From Psammoneis japonica (lineage: Eukaryota), in NCBI GenBank assembly GCA_008632985.1, contig QPGO01000268.1, forward strand, positions 1-62,771: 62,771 nucleotides of DNA, in the 5' to 3' direction. The notes under the pieces were generated by a model. That model saw nothing but the letters and a program-made list of their open reading frames with translations, was not told the DNA's origin and did not search any database. Shown piece by piece: positions 35,301-47,346 of this stretch (the first letter of the stretch is position 1; every line of letters starts with the position of its first letter). A program made the translations under genes and the position numbers.

Positions 35301-36226
35301 AAAGCAAACCATGTCGTCAGTGCTTTGTTGATGTGTGTGCTTGTCAAGAAGAGTGACAACAAACAAGACAACATGTTTCACTCACTGTCATTTCCTGCTT
35401 TGCTGACTTCACTGGAGCTGCAAACACACAGACAGACATGTTGACAATTGTTGCACTGCAAATGTGTGCAAAAATCATCTTGCTGAGAACACGTGCACTG
35501 CAAGACACAGTCTGCCAGAGATGCGGTGAGAGGTGAGAGGTGGGAGGAGGGAAGACACATTTGAAAGCCTCAACATTTGCAGGAAAGTCACCATGCAAGT
35601 TGAAGCTCTGACATGCAAATGTGCAAAACTGAAAATGGTTTGACAGGCAAACAATCAAACTGCTTCCAAGGTGATCTGAGCATGCCAAGGCTTGAACAAA
35701 GCTTTGTTCGCCCCAAAAGAACGAGTTGCAGCCCGCCAGGCATTTCACAACAGATCAACACAGCCAGGGAACTCGTGAACTCAAACGTGAGTGACTCGGG
35801 GGACAGAAGGACAGACACTCCCGACCCTGCTTGATCGATTTATTCATGGATCGCTCCCCCATGTTCGTTGGTGCTTCTTTGTGCTTTGGCAATAGATGTT
35901 GTCTTTTGGTCTGACAATGCGGGATGCTGAATACTCTGTATAGAAGACAGGAACACTTTCGTTAAAAACGGGAGTGGAACACATTTCGCGACAATGCAGT
36001 GCAAACACGACCAAAATTATCGTTGCGGGCAACATTGCGTGCAGTTATCAGCCCTCTATCGATAACGCGAAATGTCGCGCGAATTTGCTGCATGATGCGA
36101 AAAGGTTCATTTTTCGCGCATGCGGCATTGGCTTATTTCGATTTTCGGAAAGGCTCACAATCTAAAGAGAAGCAAAACAACAAAGGACTATTCACATCAG
36201 CTAAACAACAACAAAAGAAAAAAAGC

Positions 36227-37378
36227 ATGAAGATTATAATTCCGATTCCTCTCTTGGCCGCTTGCTCTCACGCCTTCTCAACTACAAACGCTCCAAGCAT
36301 GAGCCAACGACCCTACGTGATCTACTCTCGCACTCCTCAGCAGCTCCCTCGAGAAAGCATGGTCGTCCTCGAACCAGCGGTTATCAACAAGAAAATCGAA
36401 CCATTGGCTGACTGTGCCATTATTGATGTCAATCCCAATGCGGTCCCTATCAACTGGCAAAAGCTGCTCCGTGAACGCGTATCCGCATTTGGAAAGGCCA
36501 CCAAGCGCGAGGCCAAACTCACGTGGGGCGTTATGCAGTCCGACGTACTGAGTACCGTAATGCTTGGAATGTCCTGCACCACCGCCTTCTGCTTTGCCCA
36601 ATCATCCACTGGACTTGGAGCGGCAAAAGTTGCCTCCACCATGATCAAGTCCTTTGTCTGGTTTTGCTTGTACGGATATCACTTTGACATTGCAAACCAA
36701 ATTGACGGGGTAGAGGAAGATGCTCTCAACAAAGACATTCCAACCAAGAAGAATCGACCTCTTGCGTCTGGTGCCATGTCCATTCAAGGTGGAAAGGTCC
36801 GTTACGGAGTGTCGGGTGCGCTGTATCTTGTCGCGTCTTTGGCGATGGGAGGCACGCCCCTTGCCCTACAAGCAGCTTGGTGGATGCTATCAGTCTATTT
36901 GTACAATTTTGCCGGGTGGGGTAGCCACTTTGCAACCAAGAACTACTATGGCATGTCGGCTGGCTCTGCAGCAATGTTGTTGGGAGCTCGAGTTTTGTCT
37001 GGAGACGTCCTTTCCAGTGTTGTACCTCCAATTCTGGCTGCATGCTACATTGGCATGATAATGGATATTCAAGACTTTCGTGATGAGAGAGGTGATCGCG
37101 CCAGTGAACGCAAGACAACTGCTGTCATACTTGGCGTCAAGAAGGCTAGGAAGGTTTGGGGGGTTCAGATGGTGGCCATGACAGCTCTAGGTGCACGCTT
37201 GGTTCGCAAGAGCCTCTCCGTCTGGCCCGACAGCCTAATTGGTGCTGGTGGATTGGCTCTCCTCATCAGTACCTTGCGAGGAAAGACAGTGAAGGACGAC
37301 AACAAGTCGTACAAAAACTTGATCTTGTATGGCTTCCTGGTGTACTTTCGCTCTGCCTTTTGGGCCCAAGCTTTTTGA
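36227..37378 (+). CDS. UbiA-superfamily membrane prenyltransferase / terpene cyclase-like protein, probable plastid targeting
   Basis: Intronless, 383 aa. Motifs NQIDGVEED..NRPLASG and QDFRDERGD..RKT, multiple TM helices, N-terminus MKIIIPIPLLAACSHA-FSTT (signal peptide followed by Phe). Confidence 0.85.
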   Translation: MKIIIPIPLLAACSHAFSTTNAPSMSQRPYVIYSRTPQQLPRESMVVLEPAVINKKIEPLADCAIIDVNPNAVPINWQKLLRERVSAFGKATKREAKLTWGVMQSDVLSTVMLGMSCTTAFCFAQSSTGLGAAKVASTMIKSFVWFCLYGYHFDIANQIDGVEEDALNKDIPTKKNRPLASGAMSIQGGKVRYGVSGALYLVASLAMGGTPLALQAAWWMLSVYLYNFAGWGSHFATKNYYGMSAGSAAMLLGARVLSGDVLSSVVPPILAACYIGMIMDIQDFRDERGDRASERKTTAVILGVKKARKVWGVQMVAMTALGARLVRKSLSVWPDSLIGAGGLALLISTLRGKTVKDDNKSYKNLILYGFLVYFRSAFWAQAF

Positions 37379-37521
37379 ATCTTGATGAATTCCGGGGTTC
37401 TTGAGAGTTAGAGTTTAAAGTGAACAAAACGAATTTTGTGATTTTCCGTTATTCACCCAAAACCTTAGGCGCCCAGCAATCTTCGTCGTTCCACCTTGTA
37501 GAACATGTTACTACCTTGCTT

Positions 37522-38989
37522 TTATTCGCTTTCAGATCCATGTATTTCAAAGGTAGACCATAGTACCACGTTGGCTCCGTCAAATGGAAGTTTGGATGCT
37601 TGGATACTTGGGTGCTTCGCCATGAGATATTGTAGCAAATCAATGTATGTACTAACCGTTTCGTTGGAGTTGGTCTTTTTTCTGTGAGGGAACAATCTAC
37701 CGAAGACGCAGCACGGCACGATTGCAAAAGGGATACGACACCGTACCGCAACGTCAACCACCGCGTCTGTAGCTTCGTCGGGGTGGAGAGCGACAATGGC
37801 GCTGCATCTACTAATCAACGAGTCAGATGTTTCGCCACAGTAAGCAACAGAGCCTTGGTCTAACTGACGAAACTTTGTATCAACTCCGACAGGCATGTCC
37901 CCAAACCATGCCCGTAGTGTTGAATACGGCACGACTGCGTTGTCAGACTTGTCGGAATCGGATGTATCTACAGGAAAAGTATTATTTCGTTTGAGGGCTT
38001 TACTCCAAATCTTTCGATCCCTCTTTGGAAGCTGTGTAAGGTGGGAAACGACAACTTGCGTGCTGTGAGACACGGGTCAAAGACGGTAACAATACGTGTT
38101 GGTGCCGGGCACAACTTGAACTTGCCTTGCCCACAGACTCTCTTGGATCAACAACTGTCGACTGAATCCCTGCCATTCCCATTGCCATGGAAACGTGTCC
38201 TGATCCACCAGCGGCGTCAATCACCCCAGAACCCGAGTTCAAGAATTGAATAGCTTGTCTGCGCAAGTCTATATTCTCAACAAGAGCCGTTCCTTCCCAT
38301 GCCGGAATGCAATTTAAATACAAGTCAGCACTGTCTCTTGTCATCGGATACTGGGTATTGTATAGTTTTTCCATGATGATATGAATCAAAAAGTTTGTAA
38401 TGATCTCGCCCCGTATTCGTTTGCTCAAGCCTCCACCATGTTGTGGTGACGAGAGTGAATCGTCCGCATGTTGATTTCTTTTTTTCTTGCTTTGAGATTT
38501 TGTTCCATTTTCAGTTTGTGAATTATCTGCTGTGAGAGCTTTTGATTCGTTCTGCTTTGCGCTTTTATTTGTAATGGAAAGGTACTTTTCTTGCCACGTT
38601 TGGCACTGGGTCATGTCCCAACATCTCGTATCGATCGCTTGTATTTTCCCCTTTGTTTGTGAAATAGTATTTAACTTCAGGACGTATCGATCTTGCTTCC
38701 ATTCAGTCGCACACCCTTCACTGAGACTTGTCCACGTGCCGTCCTTTATATGAAGCAAAACACCCAGCTTAAAGAGGCGCCTACACCACGAGCGGAGTTC
38801 TTTGTGTTGTTCGTCCGCTTGCTGCTCAAACTGAAGTCGCACAATCACGTGCCTCCTCTCGGCTTTTCCAGATTCTTCTGATGACAAGTGAAGAATTGCA
38901 TAGTGTGCTCGTATTGATCTGCTAAACAATACACCTCGAATAGAACAAGCTGTCTCTGCGGCGTTTGATAAGTGCGAAGATGATGCCAT
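37522..38989 (-). CDS. Conserved hypothetical SAM-methyltransferase-like protein
   Basis: VIDAAGGSGH (SAM motif I-like), STVVDPR, IVALHPDEATD, PFAIVPCCVF. GC-AG intron 38032-38125 joins VGK to LPKRDRK in frame. Confidence 0.75.
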
Positions 38990-39216
38990 GGTTAATAGTG
39001 TATAGAACAACTTCGCAACGTAATATGAGCAAACTCTTTATACAGTAGTTACGGAGTGGTACCTACTAGAGAGCACTGCGTCTCGCACGCCATGGTGGTG
39101 CGTCGTTTTTTGGTGCCAAAGTTGAATGTGCTTGACAAATTGAAAATCACCGGACGACGGTCATTACACGGTATGGTAGAGACTTTCAGTTAGTCCGGCC
39201 GTTCGCAGATCCCAAA

Positions 39217-39377
39217 AAGAAACCCGGATGTTGGTTATTTTCAATCCGGGTTTCTTGTTGGGTGAGGTTCGTGCTCGCGCGCACGCACGTTTGGGGCTAT
39301 GGTGACGTCATTCTTCTGAGTCATGGATGGGAGGAGCGGCGCGCGACTGTCGCGTCTCTCACGAGCTCGCGCGAGCT
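39217..39377. promoter_or_regulatory. Divergent promoter region with inverted repeat and bZIP-type sites
   Basis: Lies between head-to-head starts 38989(-) and 39615(+). Perfect 13-bp IR 39217-39229/39244-39256, TGACGTCA 39303-39310, TGAGTCA about 39317, 14-bp palindrome 39364-39377. Function is inferred only. Confidence 0.35.
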
Positions 39378-39614
39378 ATCTACTACCGGTACGTAGACGT
39401 AGAGGCCACGACCATGGACGACCCCATGACGGAAGCGGCGGCGGAAACAAACGACCGCAGAGAATACTCAATACAACTACTCTTCATCAAAGAGTGAATT
39501 GATATCCATATTCTTCCGTCCTTTCCGCATTCCGTCTATTCTGGTTGCTGGTGTTAACTCAACAAAGTTCGGACAGCACACAACACCACAACGCATACCT
39601 GCTGTCGACTAGAA

Positions 39615-42600
39615 ATGGGAGTGCACGGTTTGACTCGCTTGCTGCAAGAGGAAGGTTGGCTGTTGCAACCTCAGGACAAAAGTCGTATTTCGCTATGGCG
39701 CAGTGACAATATGCTAGAAATTGGTCCGAGTGTTCAGGAGAGAATTCAAATCATTCCACCCTTTTCTACTCTGGCTATCGACGGGAATGGGTTAGCCTTT
39801 CAGATCTATCTCGTCGCTTATTCTCGATACTACAACGACGCAGCACCTCTTTCTCGGGATCGAGACATCATCGCTTTAATGCCACATTGTATGCCACTGT
39901 CGTACTTGGACCAAGTGACGACCGAGTTTGTGAATCGCCTGCAACGCAACGCGAATATGAAGTTGCACGTGTTTTGGGACGGACCGACTCATCGACTAAA
40001 GTCTGAAACGATGGAGACACGAAGAAAGGCAAGAGACAAAGAGTGGTCTGCCTTGAAGAATTACTGTCATTTCGGAGCATTGCCTTTTGATTCATCACCT
40101 ACTTGTATCGACTTTCTAGACAACTTTCCTCGGTCCAAGCTTTGGTTGGCGCAAATTAGGCATTCACTGAAACAGTGTGGAGGAGTCGACATGGAGTTTT
40201 GTACAGAAGAGGCAGATGCCCAAATCGCTCAAGCATCAGCCAATCAACATGATACGTATGCTGTCGGTAACGATTCGGATTACTGTATCTACGCTGAAAG
40301 CAAGTACATACCACTCGATTCACTACAAGTCTCAGACAACGGTACAGTTACGGGAATCGTCATTACTCGGAGTGCGCTTGCAAATCATTTTGATTTACCA
40401 TCCTCTCAGACAATGGTTGAACTGGCAGTGTGGATGGGTAATGATCATATTTCGCAGTCCATGATGTATCAATTAGACAACCATGTTGCGTTCCAAGAAG
40501 AGGACGATGGCGCAGTAAGAAAACACAAGAACAACAATAACGTGCGTGACAAGATTCAATACATTCAAAATGCAGGACCTGAATTTCGAATCGAGTCATC
40601 AACTCCACAAGTACAACTGGCCGTGGACTTTTCTCGGGCCTTGTATAATTTGCAAGACGTGAGTGGCTTTCCTCTGGACAAACCATTCGACGACACTGAT
40701 GAAATTTCAGGTTCGAGCACACCGACCGTCAAGCTTTCTCCAATGGACATGTCGCTGAAGGCGGTGGCGTTTAGGTATCTGCAGGATCATCTAGATACGG
40801 TACATGATCAACACGACGAAAATGACGGAAGCTTCTCGCTTCTTCACTTGGAGGCCTTTCGACAAATGCACGAATCTAGCCACGACGTGCAACATCAGAC
40901 CCAAACTGTATTGACGCATAGACCGGCGTGGAGTCATGTCGCTGCTGCTTTTACTATTGAACAATGCTTGGCCAAGATTATTCGTTCCAAAAGACAAGCG
41001 CCGGTCGTCTCACACAGCCTTCCAGCCTGTTTAACCATTTGAAATACTATTCTGTGTTGGCGTCCATGGATGTTTCCACGGATGTCGAGCAATCCACAAT
41101 TGACAAACAGCCCAAGCAGCATACATTGCCCATTGATGAATTTGAAAAAGAGATTCTTGAAACCGTGAGCAAACAACGAGTTACAATCATTCAAGGGGCT
41201 ACGGGGTGCGGCAAGTCATCGCGGGTTCCCGCAATGCTTCTGAGAGCACCCCCGCCACCACCGTTGGATTCCTGTACTACCCCAGTTAGGGAAGTCAAAT
41301 TATTCATATCCCAACCAAGGCGAATCGCTGCAAAGTCATTAGTGGAACGGGTGCGCTCTTGCGAACCAGATCTCAAGGACGACATCGCACTCCGCATGGG
41401 TCATGGTGTACGCGAGTACGAATCTCCCGCTACCCGGGCCTGGTTTGTTACAACTGGATATCTTGTACGTCTATTGGCAAGCCATCCCGAAAGATTTAAT
41501 GATATATCTCATCTTGTCGTCGATGAAGTTCATGAAAGATCGGTTGATACGGATGTCCTTTGTCTGCTTTGTCGTCGGCTACTCGTTACGAATGAAAGAA
41601 TACGTTTGGTTCTCATGTCAGCGACAATGGCAGCCACTCTCTATCAGCAATATTTTGGTGTTCCAGAAGATCCCATATTTGTCGGGGCTCGGCGTTTTCC
41701 CATTCAGGAATACTTTGTAGAGGACTTAGCTACTGCTCTCTCGACGCCGTTGCCACCAAACATTGAACGGGCAGTTGCCTCAATTGCAAATTTGAGCGCA
41801 AAGGGGAAATGCCAAGTCGTTCCACGAGCTACGGAGATGGAGCAGCTCTACCAGCTTGCTGTTCATATTATAATGTGTGCAGGGCGACCCGGGTCGTCCA
41901 TCCTCGTGTTTGTACCCGGCATGTCTGACATTGTCTCGATTGTGGAGTCGGTGGAGAGATTGAATGTGCCACCAATCCGTTACGTCTGTTATCCCATTCA
42001 TTCTGATGTCCCGTTTGAGGAGCAGTTGATTGCTTTTGATACGCCGGATGCGAACGAGGCAAAAGTGGTTGTGGCGACGAACGCGGCGGAGTCGTCTGTA
42101 ACCCTTCCGGACGTAGACGTGGTGATTTGTCTGGGGCTCTGCAAGCAGATTGTATACAACCCAAGAAGTCACCGGCAGGCTTTGGAGTGCTGCTGGATCT
42201 CACGAGCATCTGCTACACAGAGAGCTGGGCGCACAGGGAGAGTGCGAGAGGGAAGTGTTTATCGGCTTTACCCACGTGTTGCTTTTGAACAATACATGCA
42301 AGAGTTTGAACCTGGTGAAATGGGGAGAATTCCCTTGGATTCAGTGATTTTATCATTAAAGGTGAGTTTCTTCGAGTGCGACTTGTAAGAAGTTAAAATT
42401 ATTTGCGCTCCTTTCTTACGCTGACGTATTGTTGCTGCCAATCGGCTTTTACGATCAGGAAATGCTCAAAGAAGAAGCGACTCCAAATCTGTTGCAATGT
42501 CTCGAGCCTCCTGATTTGTCAACTATCGATCGATCCTTCAAGAGTCTCTTTCAATCGAACTTTCTTACGCAGCCCAATGATGGCGGCGAAATTACGGAGC

Positions 42601-45446
42601 TGGGCACCTTTGTCATTGCCCTTGGAGTTGATTTGATGCTCGGTTCGTTAATTGGACTGGGAATGCAGTTTGGGGTTTTACCCGAGGCAATTGAATTGGG
42701 TGCGGTTTTATCCTTTCCAAAGTCACCATGGCTAATGACGAACCCCCTATATCATGATCCGGCCGATTACAATGGTGAGTAGTTGCCACGTTTGTGTTGT
42801 ATTTGAAAAAGAACTCTGTACTGAACAGTTGTTTCTCTCCTACACTACGTGGATTCCAATTATGACGTAGACATAACCGCTCGAACCTTCGTTTCCAAGT
42901 GCCATTTTGACGCTGCTACGAGATCCGAGCCCTTCGCAATCATGAATTTGCTTTGGGAGTATGAGCACATTGGCAACAAGAGTGGATGGTGCCGTTACTA
43001 TGGCGTATCAGCTCAGCGTGTACGCCACTTGGAAGCAACAAAGAAGAGCATTCGAGGTCGTGTCGCTGATTACATCGGGATCGATCCGACATTATTGAAC
43101 GTCGATGGCCCTCCGGTTCGAATGCATCATTCAAAGCTAACGATATTGAGAGTTCTTCAAGTCTGGGTGTTCTCCGCAGGAATCATCGAGTGTAAACCGC
43201 TTTACAAAGAAGGTGCTGATGAAATAACCTGGCCACTCGGTGGCGCAACCGTAACTGAATCACATTTAGAGGAGGTGCTAGACAAAGAACGCCACCCATA
43301 TGAATTGAAAAGCGTTCAAAACATTGAACAGTGCGGTCGGTTTACTCCGGTGGAAGGCCCTTTTACTCCGAAAGACTTCCAAGACTCATTTCTGGACGGA
43401 TTTGAGCTTCGGTTCGTCTCCTATGCCATTGAAAAAAAGTTTGACGTCTTTTGGATTCAGACAGACGCTTCGATACGTGTGTATGCCATGAGTTACGTTG
43501 TAGCATCACCAGAGTTTGACTCTGTTCGAAACGAGTTGCTTCAGAAATTTGAAGAAGCTCGCCTTTCCGCTGTCCATTCATCGAGTTGTTCAAGTCAAAG
43601 GGGACGAAGAGGACGGGCCTGCGGATTATGGCATGTTGGCGGCATGGACGCATCTGGAACTGACTCTGTTCACTTCACCAAGTGGACAACTACAATGCCC
43701 ACCAGAGCAAAGAAACTTCAAAAGCTGAGACGGCTGCTTCGTGGCATTCCAAAAGCTGAGTCGGTAATGTCTTGCACATTCTCAAGATATTCAAACAGCC
43801 AAGATAGTCCAAACTTCGCGTTGTTCCTCCAAGGAAACTGTGATAAGGTCTCAGACACTGACGCACAAGACTTACTCGCGACACCACATGTTGAATGTCG
43901 CACCCGACAAGTCAATAACACGAGGCAGTCCATTACGTTCCACGATGGCCTTCAGCGACCTTTGCCCGCCTATGAGGGGAAAGACGAAGCCGGTGATGAT
44001 GTTGATTCGAGTTGGAATCGTCCTTTGGTTAAGGATATACCCGAAGGAGCGCGTCTTTTATCGGTTCTTGCTTCCGGTAGACGTAATGACCACTTGATCC
44101 GGCTAAATTCTGTCGAAATGGACGCTAGCGCTGACTCTGACGATATGTTTGATACTGCATCTTGCACTACCTTCGATATCTCCATTCCAACAAAAGAAAC
44201 AAAAATTTCACAGCGATGGCGACAATTCGGCACAAACCTTGGAGTTTTTGTCTCCGAAAACAGCGTACCCGCGGCTACAGTCGCGATGAAAGACCCAGCT
44301 GAGCTCTTTGCATGCTGCGCCAACATTCTTGAATTGCGTGGGGGGAATGTGAAAGCAGAAGGAATGACGCTTCTACCAAAAGGTCGTTTGTTTGTGTTGC
44401 TCTCTCTTGTTTCGTTTGGCCTGCAACCCGCCGTCGGACAAGGAACAGATTTTGACGAAAAGAAGGAAGAAATTCTGGATATGTTTGAGGAGGACGATCC
44501 TGTAACGTGCCGCCTATTATCTTGGCTACACGATGGGGACATCAGGCACGGTATGGAGGAAGACGATGAGGCGGACCTTGATGCGCTTATTCGTATCAAC
44601 AAAGCGCAAAAGTTTCATAGGTCTTGTGAGGCTCTTGGGGAATCGTTGGTTTGCTATCCCGATAAAGTGCTGCTACTGTTGCAAATTTTTGACACTGTCG
44701 ATGGCTATCGCACACTTCCGTGGGACAAGTTGGACGAAAGCCCCTTCACCGCCGCAAACATTCAGAAATTCAAGGACGAATACCGTTCGAAGCGTCGTGT
44801 TTCATTATCATCGAAAGGGACGTCGGAGACTAGAGCAAGACAGGTTGCTTCCTCAACGTACACCAAGACAAACGCAAAGAAGAACTTTACTCGAAAGCTA
44901 CCCCTCAAGGCAACAGCGATTGATATTTTTCATCCTGGGGAGATGGCATCTTTTGATCGTCTTTTCGTTGTGGATTTGCCCCAGGGCGAATCTGTAGGCG
45001 AGAACGAACTGCCCTCCACCAACATCCAATGTATACTATGGAACTATTACTGCGTGAATAGTGGAGAACTTCGCTTGCGAGACGATAGTATTGAATTTAG
45101 CGCAAAGTATTGGAGAGTCTGGTCTGTGAGAGACTCCAAAGGTTGCGATTGGTTCAAGGCTGACTTTGTGAATGACACCGTTCCTCTTCCCACACAGTCC
45201 CATCCGAAATGTGTGAAGGATGCGTTGAAGTGTGTTCCGCCTAGCATTTCCAACATCCGTATGATTGATGCTAACGTTGTTTTCCCGGGTAATGATCGCT
45301 CAGTGGTGGTTCTGTTCAGCACAGTCGAAAGCGCGCTTAGGATGGAATCCGCGATGTGGCTCGAACTCCATTTCGGTGAAGGCGATGTCCACTGGTACCA
45401 GCAGACGCTGAAAGAGCTAATGGAGAAGGCAGTGGCCTTGCAATGA
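39615..45446 (+). CDS. XPG/Asteroid-like PIN nuclease domain fused to a DEAH-box (RHA-type) RNA helicase
   Basis: PIN motifs MGVHGL, AIDGNG, VFWDG, EEAD, NDSDY, GND. Helicase motifs GATGCGKS, SQPRRIAA, DEVH, MSAT, ATNAAESSVT, QRAGRTGR, then HA2-like region. Introns 42362-42458 and 42775-42870. The two halves are joined by a frameshift near 40990 with no room for an intergenic region. Confidence 0.8.
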
Positions 45447-45727
45447 TAGCAGTATGATCGATCCGCACTCGTCGCTCGTCACGGTCGTTCATTTTATAGG
45501 CTGTACGCGCGTGTTCGTACGTCATGTCAAATGTAGAAGTAACTATCTACAGTAAATTCGGCCAGTACGCTACTCTAGCTAGGTGGTCTCTCTCGTTGCT
45601 AGCGGAAAGAAATCAACCATTTACAGGAAGAAAGCCAGCAGGAGGGGCAAACTTAAGTTCCGTGAAATGTTTTTGGTGATTATAATCTACAAGCTAAAAG
45701 ACACATGAGAGGGCCCACATTTTAACA

Positions 45728-46779
45728 TCAGACCACTGATTCCTCTTGTGCCGAGGGCGATTCTTCCAAATCGTAATTACATAGGGACAACGCACGTGGT
45801 TGCTTGTCCAAGACATGACGCAATCTTCGTGGTACAGGTGACCACAAGGTAGACAAACGAGTGTTTCTCCATCCTCGTATTCGCAGAGACAGATGGAACA
45901 AGAAGGTTCTTCGTCAAGTCCTTGTTCCAAATCTCCTTTGACTGGTTCTTCATTTTGCGACAGAGCTCCATACGATTCTTTTTCGGCCTTGCGTTTATAA
46001 CGCTCCCACTCCTGCCGAATCGACTCCGATACACCTTCGCTACGTTGATGACCGTCAGGGTGTCCATACCCGCCTTGCATCATTTGCATTTGTGACTCCA
46101 TAATGGCAAGAGCCAGTTGTGCCTGAAAGGAGAGCCCACGCAAGTCTCGGCGCTGCTCCTCATCTTCTTCTTGTCCGTTCTCACCATTGGAATTCCAGTG
46201 CTCGGCAATACGTTGATCGAGTTCTTCTTCGTATTCTCTATTCGCGCGAATGAATCGAACAACCCAACTTGTAAAGACGAGGCAGACACAAAGCATAGGA
46301 AAGTTCTGTGACTGAATCGCAATGATCCATAATCGAAATAAAACAAAGACACCAATCAGCACACATCCACTCGTGCGGCGTCGAACTAATTCTCGTTCCT
46401 CCTCCAATTCAACTAGCGTCAACGTACGGCGCACGCCTACACGTTCATTCGTAGTAGCGTCTGCTTGTGCATCTTCAAATAATTCGTCATCGGCACTGTT
46501 GTTCTCAACGTCACTGCTGTTCTCAACGGCAGGCATGTCTTCTTGCGATAATGCCACTTCCTCCATGTCTTCGTCCTCTTCCTCATTTTCTTCTTGTGAT
46601 ACCGCCTGTGCAGTCAACGCGTTGTTGTTGTTGCTGTCTGCTTGAGTAGAAACGGTATGTTCGGTTGATTCTTCGTGTTCGTCCCTTTCTGTCGTTTCCA
46701 AGCGCTCGTGTTGACCACGTGGAGGTCGTTGACGATGATGCAACGACCTTAGGTTACCCAGAGCCGTCGAAATGGGCAT
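45728..46779 (-). CDS. Transmembrane RING-H2 E3 ubiquitin ligase
   Basis: Two TM helices, then CSICLCEYEDGETLVCLPCGHLYHEDCVMSWTSNHVRCP. Restoring one C near 45785 gives LCNYDLEESPSAQEESVV* (stop 45728-45730). Confidence 0.85.
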
Positions 46780-47346
46780 GGTTACTAGTAAATAAAACTA
46801 TTCGCTGCTCCCGGTGTTGCAGCAAGTGCGGTGGCTGTTGCTTTTTCTGACACGACATCGCGTTTACTGTATTTCTCCGTTGCTTTCGTTGGCTGGCTTC
46901 GCGAATTCATCATACCACATCCACCGTACGGTTCTACATACGTACAAATATACACACTTTTGCTACCCATACCGGAACGAATTCCGTTGTGCTCCTGCTG
47001 ACGACACCATGACGTCGTCACAATACGATACAGTCGACTAGCTTCAAGACGACGAGATGGACGAGCGAGACGGTGAGTCGTGTACTACTAGAGAGCTAGA
47101 GTCTAATAATAGTGAACTATCTCTAGTTGTTTGATACTATTCGATGTCTTCTTTATTCTCTATTGCTTGCATATATCTAGTTAGAAAGTCAAGAATAAAT
47201 AGCTGGGATGGTATTGAGTCGCTCAGCAAGACAGACACCCGACAACAAAATTGTTCAGCTTTGCGACAAACACTGTTTTCATCCGCTGTCTCATCTATTC
47301 CATAAGGGTTCAGTTAATCTGATTCTACGCTAGATTTCTCCTCTGT

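Noticed and set aside
31258..35835. Terminal inverted repeats bounding the TpA-free island (about 31260-31285 vs 35795-35820)
   Set aside because: Only weak gapped similarity and no TSD could be identified by eye.
28959..37378. COQ8 plus UbiA gene as a ubiquinone biosynthetic cluster
   Set aside because: The UbiA protein lacks COQ2-type motifs and has a plastid-type signal, whereas COQ8 is normally mitochondrial. The adjacency is probably coincidental.
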